Origin: Paraphysomonas bandaiensis
Lineage: Eukaryota; Protista; Chrysophyceae
Assembly: GCA_965644295.1 (NCBI GenBank)
Contig: CBFFRP010000150.1
Coordinates: 62,001-126,000 of the forward strand
DNA: 64,000 bases
Reading direction: 5' to 3'
Part shown: positions 1-13,600 of the stretch, in pieces
How the letters are laid out: each line of letters starts with the position of its first letter
Numbering within the stretch: position 1 is the stretch's first letter
Translations under genes and position numbers: made by a program
The notes under the pieces: generated by a model
The model's database searches: none
What the model saw: only the letters and a program-made list of their open reading frames with translations
Told to the model about the DNA's origin: nothing

Positions 1-1
1 C

Positions 2-229
2 ACGTATTCCGTGTCGTCACAACAACCCCTTGTATACAGACCAGACGGATCTCTACACATCACAATGTCGATGACTCCACCTGCTGATATGAGTACAACC
101 AACTGGCTTCCAGCCCCGCAAAGTGGGGATGATTTCCAGCTTACGTTGCGGGTCTTTTGGCCGGGTGATGAAATTCTCCAAAAGTCTTGGTTCCCGCCAC
201 CTGTTACAGAAGTGAATACTCAGACCTAA
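2..229 (+). CDS. DUF1214 (DUF1254/DUF1214-type) protein, C-terminal fragment
   Basis: LVYRPDGSLHI...NWLPAP..G.DFQLTLRVFWP...W.PPPV matches the recalled DUF1214 C-terminal signature. The gene starts before the window. Confidence 0.75.
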   Translation, partial: TYSVSSQQPLVYRPDGSLHITMSMTPPADMSTTNWLPAPQSGDDFQLTLRVFWPGDEILQKSWFPPPVTEVNTQT

Positions 230-634
230 ACATAACCCAGAAAGCAGGGCAAATGTTAAGGGTTTCCTGTCACATCTAATCGTTTGACACTGATGGAACA
301 TATATCCTTGCCTTTTCTTGAAATTTACCAAAACAGGCGATCTATATCACGTATCATATTATTGGCGTGCATATGGTTGGAAATATTGAACGTTAAAATG
401 CAGCGAGATTATGATATGTAATGTGATTAATGATAATTATAAGAATTAATTTGTTAAAACGATGAAAACTATGTATGTGTTGTAATAATTTTCAAGGATT
501 ACTTAGGAAATTTGCACTTATGGAGTAGGTAAAACTATGAACGCCGAATCTCATGTATTTCTCATCACAATTATAGTAAGCAGAAACATACATTGTAACA
601 TTTACAGGTTTGATCAAAAAGACACACACAGTGT

Positions 635-3550
635 TTACTTCTCATAATATATCGACAGCATACGACTTCGATGGAATCGTTGATATTGAAAAGTGGTCGA
701 AAAACAGATCACCTGTGTACCCATAAGGCATAATATTAGTGCAATTAACTCCGCACCTGTCGCACTCGCCACCCAGGTCGCTGCTGTCGATCCCATAGGA
801 TTGTATGATAGCTCCACTGCTTGAACACTTGTTGACTTGGAGAGACCCTTAACATACAATCAGTCATATACGCGTAAATTGTTTTCAAACATACTTGAGA
901 TAGCGTCCTGGCATTGCTATCCTCGATTCCAGTATTTTTCAGCTCGAGTACTCTAAAATTAAGTCATAAATTCAAATTTGTTACACAAATTCAAATCCAA
1001 CGAACCGTATGTTGTTCAATTGGAGTAACTCCGCAATACACACACAAGCGTCCGGAGTAGTCATCAAAGCTATGTTGTTACTAAGAAATACATCCGTAAC
1101 ATATGTATTGTCTCGGAGGGTATGGGCGACCATTAGTGTAGAGAAAGGACTGCAACGATTCGTAAATGGAAAAATGAAATAGTGCAAATTACGATACCTG
1201 AGTTCACAGCCCTCTGCACGTAAGGCATACAAAATGTGACCTCGGCATGACACCGTCTTGAATGCCATAAGTGCAGCCAATTTTACTCGCATTCGCGCAA
1301 TGCGTTGCGAAAGGTTGACTCCTGATGATTCCTTCTCATCAAAACTATGGTCAGCGTCCCTGCTGATCGTCACTCGTTAAGTAGTCGCAAAGAAAGCAGA
1401 CGTCTTACCTATCATTCAGTTCTGTGGTACCATTAAAACCCATACGAAATTCAGCTGCAGTCTAGTTAAGTCGCACAATTCGACAGCAACATATCCTACC
1501 ATCTCCAACAGATCTCTGCTCTTCTGAGTCATTAGATTTCTCCTCCTGATACCCGTTTATACTTTCATCTCTGCTATGAGATGGCAGAGTAATATCGTCC
1601 TGCTGACTCTGCATATCAGAGCTTGACTCTGAGGTCTTTTCTAGGGGGGAGTTGTTCTCCGCCAGACGAAGGTTATACACAGAAATAATTCGCGGGATCA
1701 GACCCTACGTCAATGAAACATGCTGTTATGACAGGAATAACGAAGGTACAGTGCCAACCTCGGGATCGGGTGGAATCGGAAGTGTATGAAAGGCATTGCG
1801 GTAAGGATTCAGTATTCCCCGTAAGAAAAAATACAAGCCAATGTCCTGGCATATTTGTTACAAGCCATAGCCGTAGATACAATTCACTTACTCCTATTGG
1901 GTTGTAAGAAAATGAACAAGATGAGAGCAGAGGGCAGCTCTTAAATACTAACGACAGTTCCACCATTCCAATGGCATCAATGGCGTTTCTACATAGGACT
2001 TCAGTAACTATATCAAGAAGTATTTCAACATATATTTACCTGTCAATGTGAAGGGCTCGTAACTTCATTTCATTAGCAACTATGGCCTATTCCGTACATA
2101 CTTAAATTTCATCCTTACGTGACACAAGTATACCTTCGCAATCTCCGCAAAGCCATCAGAGGTAATATTGTTCTTTCGAAGGGAGAAGGTCTAATACACA
2201 AATCAGTAAAATGACGCCACCGCAAAGGTGTACCTGAAGAGAGGTGAAGTTGGCGAGGAATTCTCCGATAACAGCACAGTCACTAGAATAAAGTTAAACC
2301 TGCATACAGCTGAAGAAATAGAACTCACTCATCCGTAAGTCCGCAGTCGAAAAGGACCAAACTCTGAATCTACATACTAGAAAGTCAACTTGAAGTTCGG
2401 AAGAAGTACAATCCACACCTCCGTTCTCAATTTATTTCTGGAAGATAAAAAGTGAAGAATATTCCTTAGCTCTGCTGGTGCGAAAGAATATCCACATATC
2501 TCTAGTGAATATGCATGACCTGCCGGGGAGAGAAGATATTCGAAAACTGCGTCGCACAAAGGCACCTGAGCCTGCTCTACGCTTGTGCAGAACCGTTTAC
2601 TGCGATATGACAACACAATCAGTCGTACAGCAACTAAATACAGAATATCGCGACGTAACTCACCAGACAGCCGACATACTCGCCCGTTTTTGCAGTACTA
2701 TCATGTCTGACCAGTCTGTATTTAGAAGAACTGTAAATATGCAGAAAGCGATACACATAAACTATAAAACCTGGCTGAATTTCATCTAGAATAGGAACAT
2801 TGCTGTCAGCACATTCAGTGGAATCATTTCCCCCATCGCCATCGCCGTACTCAACCATATCTCGCACTAAGTCATCATTGGCTTCAATCTAATATGCCAA
2901 CTTTAACACCTCGCAGCATACACACAATAGCACGAACCTCATCACGGAGAGCATTGCAGCGCCTATTGAGCGACTTCCTCCGAGCACGCACAATGTCTTG
3001 GCCTGATGTAGCATTGGCTGAGATGACTGCGTCCACCTTTTCAAACTGTCGAAAGCGTACATATTTTACAAAGTGGATAATAACTCCATAATTTGCACCT
3101 GAAATTTATCTAAATCACCAGCAATCTGTGCAAGTTCACCCTGTAAACGTCCAACTTTATCACGATTACAATTGATATCCAATGATCTTTGTTGTAAATC
3201 ATATACAGTATCCACCATATTTACAAACTTTTCTTCTAATGTTTCTAATGTTTGTAAATATTTCATTGATGTATCCGAGTATCTCCTATACAAACAAACC
3301 CCATAGTATATATATATGAATATATTGTATATAATCTATATCATCATAATTACCGTTGTGAATCCATTGTATAAGAATTAGATGGTTGATAATATGATTT
3401 GTTTAGTATAGATAGATTATGTTTTGATAGGATAGTATGATAAGGACTATGATGATGATCTGATTGATTATATCGTTCTGATATTTCAGGAAAGAAATCT
3501 TCATATGCGATTTCACTAGCATGTAATAAAGATTCCCATGAATCTGACAT
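635..3550 (-). CDS. Multi-exon protein with an N-terminal BAG-like helical bundle and RNI-like leucine-rich repeats
   Basis: Spliced reading gives LQGELAQIAGDLDKFQFEKVDAVISANATSGQDIVRARRKSLNRR (BAG-like). LRRs include FSLRKNNITSDG, LHIDRNAIDAIG, SFSYNPIG, VFLSNN and VELSYNPMG. Many short GT-AG introns. The 3' end is approximate. Confidence 0.65.
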
Positions 3551-4258
3551 GTTTATTTAATGAAAGTATTAACTATGAGATATCACTGTTAATAGATATA
3601 TATATATATATGTGTATATAGAATGAAATGATAGGAGAGTGAATTGGGATAAACGGGATAGTGAAGTAGAAGGAAGTTATGTATGTATTGACTGTTGTTT
3701 TCAAGTATGTATATATATAAGTGAAGTGGGCTGATATGTTATGGAAGTGACTGTTAATGATATACAATATATCAGTGTATGATACCCTTCACTGCTGTAC
3801 TATACACAGCAGTCTCTAATATGTATGATATTATGCCTGCTTCTGCTGTATGTATAGTACATCTAGAATCCTATGTTTTTGATATGGTTAAACCTATTTT
3901 TTGAACAAAAATATATAAACTGCTATTATTTTATGTAGAAAGTGCATATTTATAGGAGTGTATGCACTGTACATGTATACCACTATACTACGTCGTACAA
4001 ATATCGTATACGTTGAGATACATATGCATGCAAGCAATATCCTGCATAGTTGAACTGTCAATACAATACACTATCATTGTGCTAGATAACACATACCTTT
4101 ATCTATCACCCACGTGTGAAACTAACACTACATTCCCTCCCACTTGTGTTGTTCTTCACACTGTTGCATTGATATCTTGTAATAGTGTTTATATGCAACC
4201 AAGGCTATAGATATATATTGCAACTGGAACTATATAAACTATATATAAACATATCATA

Positions 4259-4583
4259 ATGAATGACTCATCCACAACGTATGCAGATAATCAGCATAGT
4301 CAGTCTGATAATGTTACCGAATATGTCAGAGATGACCTTCTGCGTAAGTGTGCAGGTACCACAGCATATCTGTAGAGTTTTACCTCATAATATTTTTAAA
4401 CAGTCGATAGATTATTACGTTTCTCAGACGAGTTGAAACATATCATATCTGAGCATGAGAAAATGGTGAGTGCAAAATCCAGTGATGAACAGCGCCACAA
4501 TTTGAAGACCTAAGAAGGCGCGCTAGTTTTGGTACCAAAAGCACTTGCGGATGCCGATTCGGCTACTGCCAATCAGACTCTGA
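4259..4583 (+). CDS. Possible small spliced protein (about 65 aa), function unknown
   Basis: ATG at 4259 after an AT-rich leader. GTAAGT donor at 4344 and CAG acceptor at 4403 keep the frame (MNDSSTTY...DDLLLDRLLRFSDELKHIISEHEKM). It lies divergent from the BAG-LRR gene. No homology recognised. Confidence 0.3.
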
Positions 4584-5084
4584 AAAAGCCCCAGTTGGTA
4601 TTTCCTTTTCTATAGTTTTATTTTTCATTTTCGACCTTTTACATTATTTGTACTGGGCATTCAGATATTTTGTGTTCCTAGATCAACTGTGAATACTAGT
4701 AGTACTCCAGAAACATGGGACCGTTGATAAATATATAATTTACTTTTCTTCTACACGTAAAATATGCCGTAGTGTATAGGGAATTTAGTGCAGTGTATCC
4801 TGTATTACATACTAATCACTTTTTTTGTATTTTATGTGTCTACTACTTAGCAGTACGAAGTCAGCACATTGTGACCGGTTGGAGGGAACAAAGATTTATT
4901 CAATCCCGATCCTTTTTGAAAGATACCACTGTGATTGCTCAGGGTAGATAAATAATTCTGTACCAGGGCACTGTAGAATTATCAAGTTTATTATATTCAC
5001 AAATGTGATCATATACAATACGCAATGAAATGGTTCCGCGCATTTAGTATCTACGTATCTACAACAATAAATACTCTATATCTT

Positions 5085-8000
5085 CTAGTCTTTAGGGGGA
5101 CTCCATTGAGACTTACCATTTAATGTATTGAACCAGTAGTCGCAGTGGTATTTGTCGGAAAATTTCTTGACCCAACCCTCAGGAAGATTATCACTTGGAG
5201 ATAAACTACTTGCTCCACTAGAATTCTGCTTTACATTCTTTTTCGTCGATCCGACTGGAGATTGTGCCGCTTGTGAACCACCTGTGGCGATATTACATCG
5301 TCAAAATTTATCAACTACTAGGGGAAGTGTACCTTTACTCTTTTTCTCTACATTAATCCAGGGAATACTCGGTAGTGATGCATCACTACTGGTTTCGTCC
5401 GCTACCTCACCGTTGGTCTTTTCATCACTATGATCAGAAGCATGCTTATCAGACCTAGGTTTCGTTGTAGTGGCGGTGCGATCTGCGGTGATGTCACTCT
5501 GACTGCAGCTTCGATGTATGGAATCATATGCTGAATTACTTTTCTCCGACTTCTTACGACTTCCCCTAAGCTTTAGCTTAGGTATCGTGTATGCATCAGA
5601 GTGACGTGGGGGAAGATGATCGCCAGTACTCTGTCCATTTTCGTCAAATACAAGGGACGGTTGTAACGCGAAGGCTCTCTGTGCTTCTCCCGTCAGCTCG
5701 GACTCGACAGCCGCTGTGCTCTCGGAGGAGATTGAGAAGATATCGCACTCCATCGCCTCATTGAAGCCGTCTGATTCGGGAATAGGGGAGTCTGCACCTC
5801 GAGAGATGCCACCTTGTCTACGACGACTCGCCTTGAATGGACTGCCAAAGTTAACTGCCAATTTCCTGGTACATCATCTGATTACATGGGGACCATAAGT
5901 AACTTCGTAAAATGCATACCGCTTCAATATTCCTTCAGGTAAATCCTCATCAGCAGGCGGCGAAAGCAACTCTGGGTCACGGAGGGCCTCTTTCTGTGCC
6001 AACACACTAACGTAATCCGACATGTTGTTTACCTACAAAGACTAGCATTGAGATCGGACCACAAGAATTATAACGACGTAGACATACCGCAAGTCGAGGT
6101 ACAGATGCCCCCCCACAGGCCTTGAAGAACCAGTCCCTGTTATGCTGACCATCCTTTGAAACGAACCCACCGGAAGCTGCTCCATGCAACCCAGCTACAA
6201 ACATACCTCTTACAGTGGCCCCACTTCCTCCGTACAACACCCCTCTGATCTTTTCCCATGTATAAAGTAGGTCCTGTGAGAGAGGCGGTGCGCCACAGAG
6301 AGTTGGAACGTGTACCGATTTTGCATTGGCGGACTTCGAGTCAGCTGATCGGGTGCCCAAAGCAGTGATGGAATATGGGCTCCCATGACCAAATTGCATA
6401 AGAGAAGGGCGGCTCAGAGAGTACTCTGTTAACGATGAATCTACATCGCCATTTTGATGGGAAGAAGCAGGCGACGAGGGCGGAGAAGGGGACGGGGGAT
6501 GCCCAGGCCACGATGAGCCTAATGCTGACCCACCTTCAGCAGGGTCAAGTAAAGCGAGCTCACTCTTAGTGCGTTGTGTCAGCTGATTCAAATACTTCTG
6601 GGCAGAGCGGCTGAGGGAAATTTCTGCCGAAGGCGGGGAGGCTGTAGCACCCCCAGTGAGAATAGAGATGAACACATGTAGTCTGAGGGGTTTGAAGAGT
6701 TTATACATAGCCGGAAAATAGTAAGGTGGGACAGTACGCAGATAGGCGCCCATATTCTCCAACCATTCTGAAGGAAGAGATGTTGCCGGGTTCGCAGAGG
6801 CCCCCACTTGATGCTCAAATATATTTCGCGCCTGTTGCAACAGCGGTAAAAAAACAGGAAAGTTGTAAGGTAGTACGAGGAGATCGGACCGCTTGCTTGT
6901 AGCAGAAGGGCAGAGAACACCAAATATTGGGGAAGACGTAGATCCTGTCTTTTGACTACCAGGTACTCGCACTCCACACCACCTTGACCCCAAACACCCC
7001 TCATACACTTCTTTTTCATCCTGATTCACAGAGGAGGAAGACTTGTGCGGTTGGGAAGAGTGAAGATTTATAACAACCGCTTCACCATGAAGGGATATTA
7101 CACTAACTTCATAACAGTCGATGTGAAGTCCGTTACTACGAGCCATATTTACCATATACTTCAGCTGGTCGGAACTAAATGCACTCTTATCCGTTTCTCG
7201 TTCTCGGACTAGAACTTCTATATGAAGTTGGGCTGACCGCTGCTGCACTGTATCTATGGACCTGTCCACCCAATGATCTGCGTTACATCTACATTAAGAG
7301 TACTATATCACGTGAAGCGCAATATCACCTTCAGGTAGAGGCCATTCCCCTGGACGAGCAACAAACAATGCTCCCACTGCTTCGCGTGAGGCGTAGTTGG
7401 GGGCCGCATTTGCTAAGGTTGAATGATCCGGCTGAATCACCGAAAGGTTAACTGAAACAAAAGGAGGAGAAGACAAAATCGGGAGAAGATTTTGAATAGC
7501 AGTCAGAGACGCCTTGAGACCACTGCACTTATGAAAACCTCCACCTGACTCCTACAATATAAATTACATCAGCACAGGAGTAGCCAAACAAAGGACATAA
7601 AATACCACGCAGAGCTTGTATAGAGGCGTTCCTTTGAAATTCTGCCGCTCTTCACACAACGCATACGTAAACACCTTGTGATCCCATCGCCTTGGTGTAG
7701 CATACAACTCTCCGCTTGTCACATTATCGTCCCACAGCATTTCGGCACTCTACACCACCAATAACAAACCATAAAACCAAATGTATCAAGCTTACATTAG
7801 CTAAAGTTGAAGCACCATTAGTCAAGATAACGACAGTAACCGGGTCCATGTTCCTGTCATACAATTTCGTAATGACTATTACTTAATTAATAAAGGAATG
7901 CCACTATACCATGGCATTAACCCCTTGCCAAACCCATCAACACCAGTTTTAATACGATATTTCCCAAGTGTTGTAAAAGCTAATGAGAGTACATAAGATA

Positions 8001-8296
8001 ATGAATGATTCTCCGATGAGCATGTTATATTCTTTAATGATCTTTCAAATAATATCTGTGTATCTCCTGGAGTAGCTAGTAAACATGATGGATCATGACC
8101 TGAATAAGATGAATTAGATTTTATATGTGTATTAATCTATTTATTTACCTGATTTAAGTAACATCAGATGCTTTTCAGCACCACGAAATCTTATTAACAA
8201 TTGTTCAATCATACATTTACACATATCAATAGCAGCCATTGAGTCCACATTTGACTGCATTGAAGGATGTGTATCAATAATAAAACACAATTTCAT
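5085..8296 (-). CDS. INTS6: Integrator complex subunit 6 (VWA domain) with a C-terminal WW domain
   Basis: MKLCFIIDTHPSM (VWA start), YRIKTGVDGFGKGLMPWNMDPVTVVILTNG, GELYATPRRWDHKVF, GEWPLPE, LLVLPYNFPVFLPLL, YLRTVPPYY and NFGSPFK are collinear with recalled INTS6 blocks. The last exon encodes LPEGWVKKFSDKYHCDYWFNTLNGKSQWSPP. Confidence 0.85.
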
Positions 8297-8519
8297 ATGA
8301 ATGGATGTTATGGTTTATATTATGAGGGATGTATAGTTACATTGTATGAGATAGTATGATTATATACTATACATATGAAAGAAGTAGAAGAAGTAGAAGT
8401 AGAAGTGAAAGTTAATTGAAAGTGTATTGATTTGATAGGATGGGATGAGACATGAGACCATTGCTTGAGGATGCAAACATACTTAAAGAAAAAAGATGTA
8501 TGTATAGAATACGTTCCTG

Positions 8520-8521
<2 letters not shown>

Positions 8522-8551
<30 letters not shown>

Positions 8552-8743
8552 TGTATGTATGTATGTATGTATGTATGTATGTATGTATGTATGTATGTAT
8601 GTATGTATGTATGTATGTATGTATGTATGTATGTATGTATGTATGTATGTATGTATGTATGTATGTATGTATGTATGTATGTATGTATGTATGTATGTAT
8701 GTATGTATGTATGTATGTATGTATGTATGTATGTATGTATGTA
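8522..8743. repeat. (TATG)n microsatellite, about 55 units, upstream of INTS6
   Basis: Perfect tetranucleotide run read directly from the sequence. Confidence 0.99.
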
Positions 8744-10655
8744 GGAATTTTCTAGGTACATGTAGGTAGGTACATGTAGGTAGGTACAAGGATGTAGCTG
8801 AAGATATTGTTCAAGTTGACGGCACATGCTCTAGTACTACTATTGTTAGAGTTCTTCCCATTGTCCACATCTTTCAATGGACAAGAACGGTTTGTGGGGC
8901 TTATTTTAAGCAAGAAAGAATAGCATCTATTATGATTGATTTTGTATCAGTAGAAAACACTCGACAAACAAATTACAGTATCAATAACTGTTTCTATCGT
9001 ACTCTGACAGGAGTGTATATACATGTATATATAAATGAATAAAGAATTCAAATAAGATTTTATCATACTTTAAAGTTATTAAATCAAGTTGATTCGATGA
9101 ATACCTCATAAAAACTCTACATTTCTATCTAGAGTACACATGACAAAAGTCCTGCATTCTGATGCTGTCTCCTGTTAATAAAGATGATATCAACGACAGA
9201 AAGATCATAGCACCAGAATTAAGGACTTGTTCCATCTGTCATCTACAAATGTTTGATTTTTATGAGTATTTCACTTAAATTTTTCTATTGACTCTACTCT
9301 CAAAGAGCGATTCAAAGCGTGTATGGTGTATCGTGTATTTATATATTCGGTTAGTTCACCTGTAATTTCTCAACTAAGATAATGGTAAACCAATTCGGAT
9401 AGATTGATGCTCGCATAGTCCGTTCAACGGCTTAGTTAGTTTTTGTTTCCGTTGCAAATATTGACAGGAAGTCCTCCAGGCAGAGCTATATAGCATGCAT
9501 GTTTGCAACACAGAATAGCTTTTTCGATGATAACACTAGGAACTAGATATGGATTTCGTTTATTTCTAAAACGTACGTACTTCACACAAACTGAAACAGG
9601 GATTGCCCCATTCCGAGAGCGTACCCCAGTGAAGTATGAAGTACTAGTGTGGACTAAGCTAAGTAACATACAGATTGTTTATAAAATCTCAACGTATTCT
9701 TTGTGTCTCGTCACCAAGCAAGCTCTAGCTAGATCTACACTATACTTGCATAGCCTATAAGGGATTACAAGAAACCCCGTGCATTCTAGGGGAGGGGGTG
9801 TGGGCGGCCAATATCACACTAGACCTATACTGAGCCATGCATGGTCACGAGAGAGAAGCTCCGCGTAAACTTTGTTAGGTAATGGAAAGGTACACATGGT
9901 CCTACTAGAATCTGCGCAAATTAAATATATAAAAGTCATTCATAGTTGTAAAGAATCCCGTGTATTCATAGCAAAGGTGAACATGGGTGGGGTGGCAACA
10001 GAACCTGCGCGTGAACTATGCAGTCAGCTACGTTGGTACACGAGTAGGTCGGTGGTAGAATCAGTGCTATATCTCGGTGTTATAGGCGGTATACCATCGA
10101 GCCTACACTATGACCACGTCCTCGAAATGGGACAGGGATATCCAAAGACTATCAATGTATAAAGTTGCAATGCACCAGTCGTATTTCCTATGAATATCTA
10201 ATTCATTTTACTTTGCGCTAACTCTTGTCCCGATTTTGAAATACTGACTTATATCTCAACGTATTATATATTATATCTCAACAGTATTTCAGTATCTTAT
10301 ACGCACTTCAGTATATATTCCGTATTCATATAACCATATTTTTTCATCATGTGCAAGTCACCAGGTCATGTTCAAAGAAATTGTAGACCTACAACTCATT
10401 GAGAGCTTGAACATCGTACGAAATGACTACTTCGCTGTACTAGTATATCGTTATTTTACATTTTACATCATCATATTCAACTTGACCAAAAAAAAAAGAT
10501 TACTTACATATATCTTATAATCAATTATACCCGGCATAATATTATGTTACCATAATACTCAAAATGCCGTGACATATATGTATACTTTACTCTAGATAAT
10601 TTAATGAAGACATATATCCTGTACAACTAGTCGAAGTTACATAACACATAGTGTC

Positions 10656-13600
10656 TCACTCGACATCAGATTGTATATTCCTCATCATCGACTGTATTTC
10701 ATTTATTTGTGATCCAGAAAGCTTGGGCTTGGAATATTCCTTCCCCTGAACTTCCTTCATCACATTCTCCAACATATAAAGCACGGATTTACGTTCTTGT
10801 TTAGTATGAACTGCACTCTCTGCAATGCTTGCATATTCGACAAATTGTTTAATGTTATCGGCGAGCCATGCCTGCCACCCCGCCAATAGTGCGTACTTCA
10901 CCAGTTTTTTATTGTGGTTTCGAGGAGAACGCTGAGATGCCATGTAGTAGTGGTACGTTAATCTAAACGACCCAAAGATCTCAATATGCATACGGGATAT
11001 TGCACCGAGTATACTTACCCTTGGTAAACCATGTGCATAGTCTTCGAGTGAAGCTGCTCCAGTCCCTGGGCAATGCGCAGGTGCGCTGTATATGTGTCAC
11101 TATATAATAGAATGAGCCCAAACCAACAAAATCATAGCAAACAAACCTCGGAAGATTGATGTCGTAGATAACCTCCCGCAAGTAGTGATTGTTAAAAGCA
11201 AACATCACTCCCTCACCATCTGAACATGAGATTCGCTTAATAAACCCATTTCTCTCCAGACTGTGCAGTGTCGCGCGAAGGATGCCGTTCTTTCTGAGCT
11301 CCTTGGGGGAAATCACTGCAAGTAGGGCATGTGAAAAACACACTCCAATAATGCTTGCAAACTTTAGGACCGTCTTTTCAACGCCTGGTAGTGCATCAAA
11401 AATACTTAATATACAATTCTTGAGAAGGTTACAATCTAGGTAGACAATGTTAGAGTGGGGCGACTCTAGGACAAAGTCAAAACCACTTGTAGTTCGATTA
11501 GACGGTGGCACTGCGTAAGGAACATTTCGAAAGACGTATCTTTGGTTTTGTTCAATTGGGTCAGGCCAAGTGAACTGTACACTATGCTTTGTCTGAGGAC
11601 TAAACTCTTGGATATCCGCACCACTTCTTGGAGAAGAGTTCTGCTCAGATGGTGTAAGTGATGCAGATACACTAACACTAAGACTCTCCCTCTGCTCGAT
11701 TGTCTTCAAAATATCATCCAAACCAATCTTTTTAATGAACGAAGCCAGCATACATACCCACATAGGATGCCCAGAGGATATTTGTTGCACCAACTCCACC
11801 AAGGAAAAAGGAATATCAGAGGACGACTCATCCAGAACTCTACTGAGAATATTCAGCGTCTGGTACGCATCCAATGGCTTCAGCATAAATTTAGTAACTC
11901 TGGAGCCTGTTGTAACTTGCGTTTGTTCACAAGCAGCACTTATGTGTTTGGGCGATTGCGATGTGTTAAAAAATCTCCGAGACGCCGCACTTGGACTGTC
12001 CTGTGGCTCTTGCATGTAAGGGTGAATAGATCTCCGCGCCATATTCAGAGGACTTGAAAGTGGTTCCTCGTCGTGAGGCTGAATAGCATGCCCGGAAGTG
12101 GTCTTTGGACCTCTTTGGAACTTGTTTTCAAACAAGTGCTGTGGGTGCTTAACTGCATCCTTCGGGCTATTCGTTTGGTCGAGTTGAAATGGGTGAATTG
12201 AATGGGAAGACAAATTTTTAGAGCTACTGCTCATAACGTCAGGTTCAGGTGCAGGCATCGTGTCTGGCCCACTTTTTATTTCTTCCACAGATGGGACTTC
12301 TACGTGAAGACAACTTGTACGACTACTACCTTCTGATGTCTCAGTTGCCACAACAGCCACGGATGATCCCCATAAACCCCGAATGTTAGACATCAGCCTG
12401 TTATTCCCAATTCCAGAACCACGTGCTGCATTCAGAAGATCTTTCTCAGGTAGTGGTGCTGCGTGCCGTTTCCAATCCACTAATAACTGTTGCTGACTCT
12501 TTGTCGAGGTGCCCATGGTCAAAAGTACCACGAGAGGAATATTCATTGTAGACAGTCGAGTCAACTCCCTCCACGTTGCGGGGTCGCAGTCGTGCATATT
12601 ATCTACTATTATCGTAGATGGCATCATCATTAATAAGTTCAGGAGTACATCAAAGAGCGTATTCGAAAATGTTTTTCGAGAAAATATGCGACTCCGACTC
12701 CCGCGTAAATACTGGAAGAGGCCATTGGAGTCCGGTGCGAGGGTCAGGTTTTGTAAAGTATCCAACTGTAAATTCCATTTCAAATCTAGTGCAGCCTTGA
12801 GTTCAGGAAATTTTGAGCGGGCCAGCACATCCTCACTAAGTTCAGGGTAGGTGGCCCTAAGTAAACTCCATATAAGCTTCTGTTGCTTTACATAGGTATC
12901 GAAGTAGTCCCGACCTACAAGAGCCACAAATAGTTTCCTCATGACTCCATACTCTTTGATTCTGTCTCCCGCTTCGACAGTCACGAAGTAGCAGCGCACC
13001 TTACGACGATGAGACAGCTGTCGAAAGTATTCTGCCACTGTCGTTTTACCCATTCCAAGTGAACCTTCTATGAGAATAGTCTTTGCCTCATGACAACCGC
13101 TGCTGCGACCATAACAACTAGCTAATTCAACCAAATGCCGTCTCAAAGATATTTCGATCTCTCTGCTGAGATTGCTGGACATCGAGCAGTAATCATATCC
13201 TTTAGTTGTATCTCGTTCAGCACCACGATCTGCACCGGGAATATCTAAAATACTCATTGAATCATCATCTAACTCGTCCATACTTGACCACATGCTGAGC
13301 GAGGAGGCTTGTGTATAGGGAACTCTAGAGTTGTCTAGGACCATATCTGGGATTACATAGGGTATTTGTGGTTCTTCTTTGCCTTTTAACCACAAACTCT
13401 CAGCTTTTTCCATACACCCTCTTAGAGATTTGGGCAAGGATGTGTGCGTATTTTCGTCGATAAGAAGCCGTCCATGAGCTTCACCCATAAGCCTTGCAGC
13501 TGTGTTGACGCTGTCCCCCATAGCTACGTAGTCGCGACGGAGTGAAGAACCAATGGTTCCACAATAAGATATACCGGTAGTGACTCCAATTGAACACGCG

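Noticed and set aside
8412-8827. ORFs reading MYVC / HTYI repeats
   Set aside because: They are translations of the (TATG)n microsatellite.
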